DNA from: Microbotryum violaceum
Taxonomy: Eukaryota
Direction: 5' to 3'
Length of the DNA stretch: 32,596 bases
Assembly (NCBI GenBank): GCA_001244265.2
Contig: CDLV01000019.1
Span: 682,001-714,596, forward strand
Shown here: positions 19,610-30,780 of the stretch, one piece after another
Numbering within the stretch: the first letter of the stretch is position 1
Layout: each line of letters starts with the position of its first letter
Notes under the pieces: generated by a model
Told to the model about the DNA's origin: nothing
Databases searched by the model: none
The model's input: only the letters and a program-made list of their open reading frames with translations
Translations under genes and position numbers: made by a program

Positions 19610-22600
19610 TCCATATAAACAGGTTGAAAAACACTACTGAAGCTTCGGTGCTCCTGCCTGGTCTATGCAGGCTTGCTTTCGTTATAGCCGGGCCGCCGTA
19701 ATCCCACCAAAGCTCGCCCCACTCCTGTCGTCGATTGCATCAGGTTCGCCAGGATGATGTTGATTGGTATGCGCGAAATTTAGGAGTTTGATCACAACGC
19801 GCAGTACGGAGTCTAGTATTACATTCAGATTCGTCCATAGAAATGCAAGACAATAACGCGGATGTCGAGCACGGTTCTACTCGCAAAGGGCCTTAAAAGC
19901 CGCCTGGACATGTTCATACGACATCTGACCCGAGTTCCAAAGCGACGCAAGTTCTGGCTCTGTATTGATGGGTCTCACCCTGGCGAAAGACCAATCCAGC
20001 GAGCAATTTTGCTGCAGGACACTCAGAACCTTCTCCACGCCACACCAACGAAATGCGCATGCGTTCAGGAGCTCCTCGAAGCCGGGTTCCGTAGACAGCC
20101 AACCTTTCCTGGCTGCTGCCTCGTCGAGATCCCGGCATTCCACACGTTCCAGATACGCGCGGCTTTCGGCTTCTCAAAAAGTCGCGCGTCGGCAGACCCG
20201 GATTCAGATTGGAAAGCCGTGCGGCACGCCACATAGAAGAATGATTCTATATCATGCCAGCGCTCGTGCACCACACCCTCGGTTGCGGGGCTGAGCAGGA
20301 GTCGAGAGATGTAGGGAAGCGTGCCCTGTGGTTGATCATGGTACAGGGGAGGATGGAAAGGAGTTAGGTGAGACCAAGAACGCGTGAAGGGCTAGCAAGG
20401 ACACGAGAACGTACCGAACGGCTGAGGCGACACTCTTCGTCAACCGTTCGAGCCTTCTTCACCGCCAGATTGTAATCAATCAAAACTCCATCGCCGTGCC
20501 GGTCGACCATGACGTTGCCATACGACACGTCACGGTGGATGAACCCATGTTCCCACAGCTGACGATGCCCTGTCACGCGCGGCAGTGGGTCGTCAGTGTT
20601 GGCAAACCCTTCGGCGCGCTGTCCCGCTTTGCTCTGAGCACTCACCCTCAATCGCACGCTCGAGAGCGCACGCGAGCTGCTTGGTGGTCTTAAGTGTGGC
20701 GAGTGGGTAATAACGTTCTTCGTGAACGACGACCTCCCTGGCCCGTGGGGTGCAACCGGCGAGGGATTCGTTGCCGGGTAGGAACATGGGGAGGGTCCTA
20801 TATTCGGTGCGAAAGACGCCGACCAGTGGAGCGAGCCCGCGAGGTCTCTTTTCTTGGATCACGTTGCGGATCTCGGCCAAGTCCGAGTTGCGCGACTCCT
20901 CGACCCAGATGATCGTCATTGCGAAGGTCCTGATGTTGGCGCCCTCAGCAAGTTTGACCTCGTATGTCGACGTTGCGCGGCCGCACTCTCTTTGTCGACG
21001 AAAGATGAGCTCCTTGATCTTGACGTTGGACATCGTCGTTGCTCCCCGCTGAACTCGGAGGCCGCCGGCGGGAAGAAGTCGGGGCAGAGCGTGAACGGGC
21101 CGTAGCGGTCGTCGAGCGAGGTTGTGGTCGCTAGAATGCCGTTAAGCCGATCGCTGTGTTGGACGAGACGGTACAAGAACGTCGACAGCTCTCCATTCTC
21201 TTCGGTGACTGTTCTAGATTTGGTAGAGAACACCCGCGCAAGCAGACATCACGTAGACCTTGAGACGTTCGCCGCGAAGGGTAAACCCGATCGCATGTTC
21301 GCGAATCGGCGTTGCGAGGAGTGCCGACAACCGTCGGAACAACTGGCGCTCGGCGTTGGAGGTGCCGGCTTTGGTCTCGCCGACGGCGGCCACTTGCGTA
21401 AAGGAGCGTTTGGCCTGGTTCAGGCCCACCTTGTCCTTGTCCTTGACCTTGGCCGTGTTCGTGCTGTCTTCTTCTGCGTTGTTGTCCTCGTCGTGAGGCT
21501 GGCCCTTGCCGTTTTCGTTCGCGTTGGAGTTCACGTTGGTGGCGGGGCCCGCATCGGCGTCGAGTTTCTTGGCCGGATCGGCGTGACTGGGAAGGGCCCA
21601 TACATTCGGGAGGGTTGGGTCGTGCGCGACCGCAGCGTGGGTCAAGAGCACGACGTCGGCCGTCTTCTCGGTCGTCTCCACACGGTCAGGTGCGACGCTG
21701 ATGTACTGGGGCGAGTTCTGGCAGGCGACCAGTCGCCGGTCTCCAGTCTAGAGGTCCAACAGTAAGACAAACGGCAGTGAGAAGGCGAGTCAGCTCTCGA
21801 AGGAACATACACCCTCGATGTCAAGCGATCCAGGCGTCGACTCACCGTGTTGATGACACCTGCTATGACCTCGCCCAGCGCTTCTTCGGTGCCCATCTTG
21901 AACTCCTTGGGCCAGATCTTGTTAGCGAGCTCGTCAGCGGTCGGATGGCCGAAGAAGTAGGCCTCGAGGGCCGCACAATGTTTTTGGTCCATCTGGACCG
22001 CTTCGGAGATCCTCTCGGCTCTGTCCGATGCTCGCTCGTGCGAGGCCGCCTCCCGGCGCGATCGTAATGGGGTCGATTGAGTCGACGATACCAAGGGAGA
22101 GACCGCGTCCCTCAGTTCGGCGAGGTCGTACGCGTTGGCGGTTGCGCTTGAGGCCGGGGCCGAGTTTGCAGCCGCTGAAACTGAGGTCGAGGGCGAGGGC
22201 GAGGGCGAGGGCGAGGGCGAGGGCGAGGTCGAGGTCGAGGCAAGAGCCTGAGCGGGCGAGTCGACGCCGTGTGCCACGGGCTTCGCGTTCCTTTCAGCGA
22301 TGCGCGCGCTCCTGCGCATTGGCCCTGTCGACGCGCCGGCGCTCGGGCGCGCGAGGTTCGTGTCGGCGCGGGCGGTCACTGCAACGGCCCCAATTGGGGC
22401 GTGGGCCAGTGGCGTCAGTCATGCGAGTCAAAACAAGGCCAAGCTCGGTCTATTATGGGCCAACTCACTGTGGCCAACTCACTGTGAAGGCCCTGGGCGT
22501 GATGGGTTACGGGGCAGTGGGGGCTGGTCACCACTAGGACCGGTGGTAAACCGGTGGTAAGTCTTGAAGACGAGCAGGGAGTGGGAAGAGGGTGAGGGAG

Positions 22601-23263
22601 AGCAAGATGTGAAGCGATTTTTCCTTCGTTGCGGAATATCGAGACTCTGGTCGAGACATCAGCTACCTGTCATGCAAAATGATTTCGCAACTCCCAGCTT
22701 TGGACTCCGCCCGCCTCCTCCCAACTTTGGACTCCGCGCGCCTCCGCGCGCCTCCTCGTGGAACAACGGTCTTTTCCGAAGTGTTTGTCCGATTTTTACA
22801 CCCTCTTTTCCAAAGATGTCGGCTTTTGCACATGCGCCTCAATATCTCACCAAAAGTTGCTCTGCATGCTCCAAAACTTGCTCAAAAGTCGTCGAAAACG
22901 CGTTCCGTTTGCGGGCGCGCGGAGGCCGGCCGATCGAACATAGCGAAAAACCCCCGGGATGGGGCGGATTTACTATGAAAGTGGCTTGCCGCATCTTGCG
23001 CGCGCGCGTCGCTTCAACTGTCTTCGGCTGGTCTCCCAGCCTCTTGAAAAGCTTCAGCCTTCCTTGCATATTCGGTGATGGGCTCGTGACTCCCTCGTCA
23101 GACTTGGATTTTGCTGATTTTGGGCGCATTGTATCCGCGGTGTCGTTCTTGCGGCTTGTAGAGGCTCTACCGGCGGCATCCCGCGGGTTGGGCACGCTCC
23201 GAAGGGCGTCAAATCGTGGCTCGGCATGTGCGCTCGTGTGATAATGCGCTCGTCGGAAGTGAG
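19550..23263 (+). repeat. Segmental duplication copy 2, paralogous to 11991-15689
   Basis: Near-identical sequence over most of its length; offset ~7575 bp. Confidence 0.95.
19877..22422 (-). pseudogene. Gene B2: duplicate of B1 with a diverged C-terminal kinase region; several single-base indels
   Basis: Same exon structure as B1. Motifs: GFIHRDVSYGNVMVDRHGDGVLIDYNLA, GTLPYIS, HERWHDIES. Frameshifts near 22345, 21236, 21044-21047 (shared with B1) and 20131. Confidence 0.85.
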
Positions 23264-26073
23264 TATATACGTATCATAGGTGGGGTACAGGCCAATTCCG
23301 GGATACGTTTTGGAATAGAACCCCAAATTCCCAGTGAAAATGAAAATTGACAGTGCACGGTCAATTGCTCGTGCACTGCTGAAATCCACTTTTTCGACTC
23401 TGAAGGGCGGCACAAGCCAAAAACCGTCAAATCGAGGTGCACGGTCAATTGCTCGTGCACTGCTGAAATCCACTTTTTCGGCAAAACCGTCAAATCGAGG
23501 TGCACGGTCGATTGCTCGTGCACTGCTAAAATCCACTTTTTCGACTCTGAAGGGCGGCACACGCCAAAAACCGTCAAATCGAGGTGCACGGTCAATTGCT
23601 CGCGCACTGCTGAAATCCACTTTTCGACTCTGAAGGGCGGCACAAGCCAAAAACCGTCAAATCGAGGTGCACGGTCAATTGCTCGTGCACTGCTGAAATC
23701 CACTTTTTCGGCAAAACCGTCAAATCGAGGTGCACGGTCGATTGCTCGTGCACTGCTGAAATCCACTTTTTCGACTCTGAAGGGCGGCACAAGCCAAAAA
23801 CCGTCAAATCGAGGTGCACGGTCAATTGCTCGTGCACTGCTGAAATCCACTTTTCGACTCTGAAGGGCGGCACAAGCCAAAAACCGTCAAATCGAGGTGC
23901 ACGGTCAATTGCTCGTGCACTGCTGAAATCCACTTTTTCGGCAAAACCGTCAAATCGAGGTGCACGGTCGATTGCTCGTGCACTGCTGAAATCCACTTTT
24001 TCGACTCTGAAGGGCGGCACAAGCCAAAAACCGTCAAATCGAGGTGCACGGTCAATTGCTCGTGCACTGCTGAAATCCACTTTTTCGACTCTGAAGGGCG
24101 GCACAAGCCAAAAACCGTCAAATCGAGGTGCACGGTCAATTGCTCGTGCACTGCTGAAATCCACTTTTTCGACTCTGAAGGGCGGCACAAGCCAAAAACC
24201 GTCAAATCGAGGTGCACGGTCAATTGCTCGTGCACTGCTGAAATCCACTTTTCGACTCTGAAGGGCGGCACAAGCCAAAAACCGTCAAATCAAGGTGCAC
24301 GGTCAATTGCTCGTGCACTGCTGAAATCCACTTTTCGACTCTGAAGGGCGGCACAAGCCAAAAACCGTCAAATCGAGGTGCACGGTCAATTGCTCCTGCA
24401 CTGCTGAAATCCACTTTTCGACTCTGAAGGGCGGCACAAGCCAAAAACCGTCAAATCGAGGTGCACGGTCAATTGCTCGTGCACTGCTGAAATCCACTTT
24501 TTCGACTCTGAAGGGCGGCACAAGCCAAAAACCGTCAAATCGAGGTGCACGGTCAATTGCTCGTGCACTGCTGAAATCCACTTTTTCGACTCTGAAGGGC
24601 GGCACAAGCCAAAAACCGTCAAATCGAGGTGCACGGTCAATTGCTCGTGCACTGCTGAAATCCACTTTTCGACTCTGAAGGGCGGCACAAGCCAAAAACC
24701 GTCAAATCGAGGTGCACGGTCAATTGCTCGTGCACTGCTGAAATCCACTTTTTTGGCAAAACCGTCAAATCGAGGTGCACGGTCGATTGCTCGTGCACTG
24801 CTGAAATCCACTTTTTCGACTCTGAAGGGCGGCACAAGCCAAAAACCGTCAAATCGAGGTGCACGGTCAATTGCTCGTGCACTGCTGAAATCCACTTTTC
24901 GACTCTGAAGGGCGGCACAAGCCAAAAACCGTCAAATCGAGGTGCACGGTCAATTGCTCGTGCACTGCTGAAATCCACTTTTCGACTCTGAAGGGCGGCA
25001 CAAGCCAAAAACCGTCAAATCGAGGTGCACGGTCGATTGCTCGTGCACTGCTGAAATCCACTTTTTCGACTCTGAAGGGCGGCACAAGCCAAAAACCGTC
25101 AAATCGAGGTGCACGGTCAATTGCTCGTGCACTGCTGAAATCCACTTTTCGACTCTGAAGGGCGGCACAAGCCAAAAACCGTCAAATCAAGGTGCACGGT
25201 CAATTGCTCGTGCACTGCTGAAATCCACTTTTCGACTCTGAAGGGCGGCACAAGCCAAAAACCGTCAAATCGAGGTGCACGGTCAATTGCTCCTGCACTG
25301 CTGAAATCCACTTTTCGACTCTGAAGGGCGGCACAAGTCAAAAACCGTCAAATCGAGGTGCACGGTCGATTGCTCGTGCACTGCTGAAATCCACTTTTTG
25401 GCAAAACCGTCGAATCGAGGTGCACGGTCAATTGCTCGCGCACTGCTGAAATCCAATGTATATATGGGCCATTGCCAAATATCACATGGCACAGACTTCC
25501 GCGAGGCGCTTGCAAAGAAGCTCGCGCGAGGATTCTGTGGTATTAAGTTGGAGAGAGGGGTGGGCCAGCCGCACTCTCAGCCTTCGGCCACCGGCGCTCG
25601 CCATTTCCGAAATGGGAAACCCATTTCGGGCTTCGGTATATCGCTGGAGCTGAGGCACGGCAGACTTGAGGACTTGTAGACGTAAATAAGTTTATTGTAA
25701 ATCTGTCCCAATCCCAACTGATGTGTACATGCTTAATTTGTGCTATTATGCATTGTGCTTTGAGTATACTCAAGGACACTAGTCTTTGTGGCCTTGACGA
25801 CTTTGGGGCGCCCGCGCGTCCACTGCTTTTTGTCCTCGGGCCAGAATAATTGTACGGACATGTCCGTTCACTTGATTTTAGGTACACATCGAGATCAGAT
25901 AATAATGATGCCGTTGAACAATTGTATGAGTAGATCCACTTTGCATCTGCAAGGAGAACATGATAGCATGTGTATTTGGTGACCGAACTTCAAGTTGTGC
26001 GCAAACGAAGTGCCGACCGCTTCATCTTGTCACCGACGTTCTATTAAAGAAAGCCTAATCTCAACGCTACCAG
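23264..26073. repeat. Macro-repeat unit 1 (2810 bp): ~90 bp leader + minisatellite + ~617 bp unique tail
   Basis: The leader TATATACGTATCATAGG..TTGACA and the tail TGTATATATGGG..ACGCTACCAG recur almost identically in 26074-28659. Confidence 0.95.
23353..25455. repeat. Minisatellite array 1: 84(83)/63 bp monomers, 27 copies of the palindromic core
   Basis: Monomer GTGCACGGTC(A/G)ATTGCTCGTGCACTGCTGAAATCCACTTTTT[CGACTCTGAAGGGCGGCACAAGCCA|CGGC]AAAACCGTCAAATCGAG; counted by hand. Confidence 0.97.
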
Positions 26074-28659
26074 TATATACGTATCATAGGTGGGGTACAG
26101 GCCAATTCCGGGATACGTTTTGGAATAGAACCCCAAATTCCCAGTGAAAATGAAAATTGACAGTGCACGGTCAATTGCTCATGCACTGCTGAAATCCACT
26201 TTTTCGACGCTGAAGGGCGGCACAAGTCAAAAACCGTCAAATCGAGGTGCACGGTCGATTGCTCGTGCACTGCTGAAATCCACTTTTTTGGCAAAACCGT
26301 CAAATCGAGGTGCACGGTCGATTGCTCGTGCACTGCTAAAATCCACTTTTTCGACTCTGAAGGGCGGCACAAGCCGAAAATCGTCAAATCGAGGTGCACG
26401 GTCAATTGCTCGTGCACTGCTGAAATCCACTTTTTCGGCAAAACCGTCAAATCGAGGTGCACGGTCGATTGCTCGTGCACTGCTAAAATCCACTTTTTCG
26501 ACTCTGAAGGGCGGCACACGCCAAAAACCGTCAAATCGAGGTGCACGGTCAATTGCTCGCGCACTGCTGAAATCCACTTTTTCGACTCTGAAGGCGGCAC
26601 AAGCCGAAAATCGTCAAATCGAGGTGCACGGTCAATTGCTCGTGCACTGCTGAAATCCACTTTTTCGGCAAAACCGTCAAATCGAGGTGCACGGTCGATT
26701 GCTCGTGCACTGCTGAAATCCACTTTTTTGGCAAAACCGTCAAATCGAGGTGCACGGTCGATTGCTCGTGCACTGCTAAAATCCACTTTTTCGACTCTGA
26801 AGGGCGGCACAAGCCGAAAATCGTCAAATCGAGGTGCACGGTCAATTGCTCGTGCACTGCTGAAATCCACTTTTTCGGCAAAACCGTCAAATCGAGGTGC
26901 ACGGTCGATTGCTCGTGCACTGCTAAAATCCACTTTTTCGACTCTGAAGGGCGGCACACGCCAAAAACCGTCAAATCGAGGTGCACGGTCAATTGCTCGC
27001 GCACTGCTGAAATCCACTTTTTCGACTCTGAAGGGCGGCACAAGCCGAAAATCGTCAAATCGAGGTGCACGGTCAATTGCTCGTGCACTGCTGAAATCCA
27101 CTTTTTCGGCAAAACCGTCAAATCGAGGTGCACGGTCGATTGCTCGTGCACTGCTGAAATCCACTTTTTTGGCAAAACCGTCAAATCGAGGTGCACGGTC
27201 GATTGCTCGTGCACTGCTGAAATCCACTTTTTCGACTCTGAAGGGCGGCACAAGCCAAAAACCGTCAAATCGAGGTGCACGGTCAATTGCTCGTGCACTG
27301 CTGAAATCCACTTTTCGACTCTGAAGGGCGGCACAAGCCAAAAACCGTCAAATCGAGGTGCACGGTCAATTGCTCGTGCACTGCTGAAATCCACTTTTCG
27401 ACTCTGAAGGGCGGCACAAGCCAAAAACCGTCAAATCGAGGTGCACGGTCGATTGCTCGTGCACTGCTAAAATCCACTTTTTCGACTCTGAAGGGCGGCA
27501 CAAGCCGAAAATCGTCAAATCGAGGTGCACGGTCGATTGCTCGTGCACTGCTGAAATCCACTTTTTCGACTCTGAAGGGCGGCACAAGCCAAAAACCGTC
27601 AAATCGAGGTGCACGGTCAATTGCTCGTGCACTGCTGAAATCCACTTTTCGACTCTGAAGGGCGGCACAAGCCAAAAACCGTCAAATCGAGGTGCACGGT
27701 CAATTGCTCGTGCACTGCTGAAATCCACTTTTCGACTCTGAAGGGCGGCACAAGCCAAAAACCGTCAAATCGAGGTGCACGGTCAATTGCTCGTGCACTG
27801 CTGAAATCCACTTTTCGACTCTGAAGGGCGGCACAAGTCAAAAACCGTCAAATCGAGGTGCACGGTCAATTGCTCGTGCACTGCTGAAATCCACTTTTCG
27901 ACTCTGAAGGGCGGCACAAGTCAAAAACCGTCAAATCGAGGTGCACGGTCGATTGCTCGTGCACTGCTGAAATCCACTTTTTTGGCAAAACCGTCGAATC
28001 GAGGTGCACGGTCAATTGCTCGCGCACTGCTGAAATCCACTGTATATATGGGCCATTGCCAAATATCACATGGCACAGACTTCCGCGAGGCGCTTGCAAA
28101 GAAGCTCGCGCGAGGATTCTGTGGTATTAAGTTGGAGAGAGGGGTGGGGCCAGCCGCACTCTCAGCCTTCGGCCACCGGCGCTCGCCATTTCCGAAATGG
28201 GAAACCCATTTCGGGCTTCGGTATATCGCTGGAGCTGAGGCACGGCAGACTTGAGGACTTGTAGACGTAAATAAGTTTATTGTAAATCTGTCCCAATCCC
28301 AACTGATGTGTACATGCTTAATTTGTGCTATTATGCATTGTGCTTTGAGTATACTCAAGGACACTAGTCTTTGTGGCCTTGACGACTTTGGGGCGCCCGC
28401 GCGGTCCACTGCTTTTTGTCCTCGGGCCAGAATAATTGTACGGACATGTCCGTTCACTTGATTTTAGGTACACATCGAGATCAGATAATAATGATGCTGT
28501 TGAACAATTGTATGAGTAGACCCACTTTTCATCTGCAAGGAGAACATGATAGCATGTGTATTTGGTGACCGAACTTCAAGTTGTGCGCAAACGAAGTGCC
28601 GACCGCTTCATCTTGTCACCGACGTTCTATTAAAGAAAGCCTAATCTCAACGCTACCAG
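26074..28659. repeat. Macro-repeat unit 2 (2586 bp), head-to-tail with unit 1
   Basis: Same leader and tail as unit 1 but a different monomer order in the array. Confidence 0.95.
26163..28040. repeat. Minisatellite array 2: 84(83)/63 bp monomers, 25 copies of the palindromic core
   Basis: Same monomers as array 1; contains a ~441 bp higher-order repeat (26310-26749, 26750-27190). Confidence 0.97.
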
Positions 28660-29153
28660 ATATACCTCTCTCTTCATTCATATCATAGTAGTGCGGTCTG
28701 CGAGGGACTCCCAGTGAGACCTGCTTCCAAGACACGCCTGGCGTGACTATGACTCGGAGTCTCGTCTACCATCGCGCGATGATCTCGCCCGTAATCGGAT
28801 CAAAAATGTGCTCCCGAATACGATGTCTTTCCCTCAATCTTCCGACATAACTCATCTAAATGCCCAGAACAGCCCTTCCTTAAAATAATGTCAATTGTAC
28901 AAGCACGCTCAGTGACCTGGACGAGTCGACGTGTTTGCCGCGGACGCCGGCCGACTCACTCGTTCAACGACCCCGGCCAAGCCCTGACCTCGGAATTACT
29001 CGCTCTCTCTAGCCTTGGAACTTTCTCGCATCCCTTTTCGAGTTTCAAAAAGATATACGCCTTTAAAGGTTGACTGGACCTGAGCCAATCGGAGACCGAT
29101 CTCACCGCCGAGTGCGCCGACTCGGAGCTTCGGGTTCTCGCGCGGTTAGCTGA

Positions 29154-29720
29154 TAGGCTCGACTTCGGACTCGCGCGCGCCAACGCTCCTTTCCCTCTCG
29201 CCACTCACTTCTCACTCGGACCACTCGACTCGGACTCGGCACTGATCGCGCCACGCCACACCTCGACTTCACATGCTTTCACATCGTTCACATGCGCCAT
29301 GCAATGTGCAAGATGCAACTCGGTCTCTCCCAACTACAGCTCGACGTGTCACTTCAAGCCGACTGATTTGCGCACGGTGCGACGTCGCACCACGTGGTCA
29401 ACAACACTGCCGTCTTCAACACGATACAAAGACTGCAACCTGAGAGAGTGCGGTCACTTTCAGCAGCCTTCAAGCTTAGGTCAATGCATCGCTCGAGCGT
29501 TCTCGGTCGGACACGTATTCGGTCACCGCTTCACCACGATCGCCTCGCGTCGTCAACGTCAATCAAGCACACGAATGCAATCCCTCACATCTCTTTCTTG
29601 ATTGAGTCGAAGAGTCTCATCGACGCGGCTAGCTCGGGTTTGTTGGAACATCTGTTGCACGACCCGACTGTTCTCGTCAATGTCGAGTCCGAGACCATCA
29701 TCGGCTCAAGCACTTTCATC
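29154..29720 (+). mobile_element. Second diverged copy of the repeat at 17329-18066 (probable copia-like relic; may extend further right)
   Basis: Shared blocks GACTCGGCACTGATCGC..GCTTTCACATCGTTC, CACTTTCAGCAGC..ATGCATCGCTCGAGCGTT and TCACATCTCTTTCTTGATTGAGTCGAAGAGTCTCATCGACGCGGC; TIIGS resembles copia (A)IGSRW. Confidence 0.5.
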
Positions 29721-30780
29721 CGTCTCAACCCCGCCGCGATCCACTCAAACTTCCGCACTCGTGATCCAGCTCTTCGAGTCATCCGTCCAAAGCCACTACG
29801 TCTCAACTTGTCGCTCTAAACATCCCACATTCCCGGTCGTCTCCTTGCCGTTCAAGTTGACCGCACTTGCATGCTGGGTTCTTCCCTTGTCGATCGCATC
29901 AACCAATTGACTTGCTGATAAAGCTCTCAAGATTTCTCACGGAACACCTCCTCATCCGCTGACATCTTACTCAAACACCGTCCTACATTGCGCACAATGA
30001 TCCATACAGCCAGGACTCGGGCTTCTTCGGACCACTCCGCGCTCGAATTCGGCATTGGACCTTGACGATCCTCCGCACTCTCAATCAACCTCGGCGATTT
30101 GCTCGACCGACTGGATACGTGTGATCACCATTCCATCTCTGTGACTTGTACATTCGTGCAGACCCTGGTCATTTGGTCATGGAATACGCTCAGCCACGCA
30201 CAGTGCTTCTTTCCCTCTCGCTTCGCTTGTTCATGCACTCACCACGCATGTGTCGACGAAGTCTTTGGGGTGAGCAGTCACTAAGCGTGCGTACGCCTGC
30301 AAGGTCAGTGCATGCCTTCAACCCGAAGTCCTTACCTCCCTCCACACCTTATGTTGCAAGTGTGTGCAATATTGCTCATGTTTGATGGTTGATTTGCTCC
30401 ACCTGGTCTTAGACTTCCGCCTGCGCTCAACTCAACTCTTTGGACTCCAAACCGCTCGCAACCGTTTCCAGTCCGTCTCCCAGAAGAATGATCGTCGACT
30501 CTTCACTGAGGTCTGAGCGTTGAGGGCTCAATCGAACCAAGTTTGCAAGCTGATCCAAGGAACGGATCCAGTTTGAGTGAAGTGACATAAAAATGAAAAC
30601 AGGGCGACATGTTAGAGAAAAAGACCACTATTTGACAGGTCCATTAAAATCCTTGAACGATGAAATGTTGCAATCTACGCTGAAGACTTCCACAATTGTA
30701 CCATCCAGGGTTGGTTTACATTGTGAATATGATTACAGTTTCATGACATACTGCTTTTGGAAGATAATGGGGATGAATTA

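Noticed and set aside
23353..28040. CRISPR array (regularly spaced palindromic repeats)
   Set aside because: The intervening sequences are identical rather than unique spacers, there are no cas genes, and the context is eukaryotic with introns.
23054..28099. Long repetitive ORFs (VDFSSARAIDRAPRFDGF.. / KPSNRGARSIARALLKSTF..)
   Set aside because: These are a by-product of monomer lengths divisible by 3. They are open on both strands and repeatedly broken by 83 bp units, with no consistent start or splice structure.
23264..28659. Two LTRs of a retrotransposon, or a canonical Helitron dimer
   Set aside because: There are no TG..CA ends, PBS/PPT or internal region, and no hairpin + CTRR 3' end on either strand.
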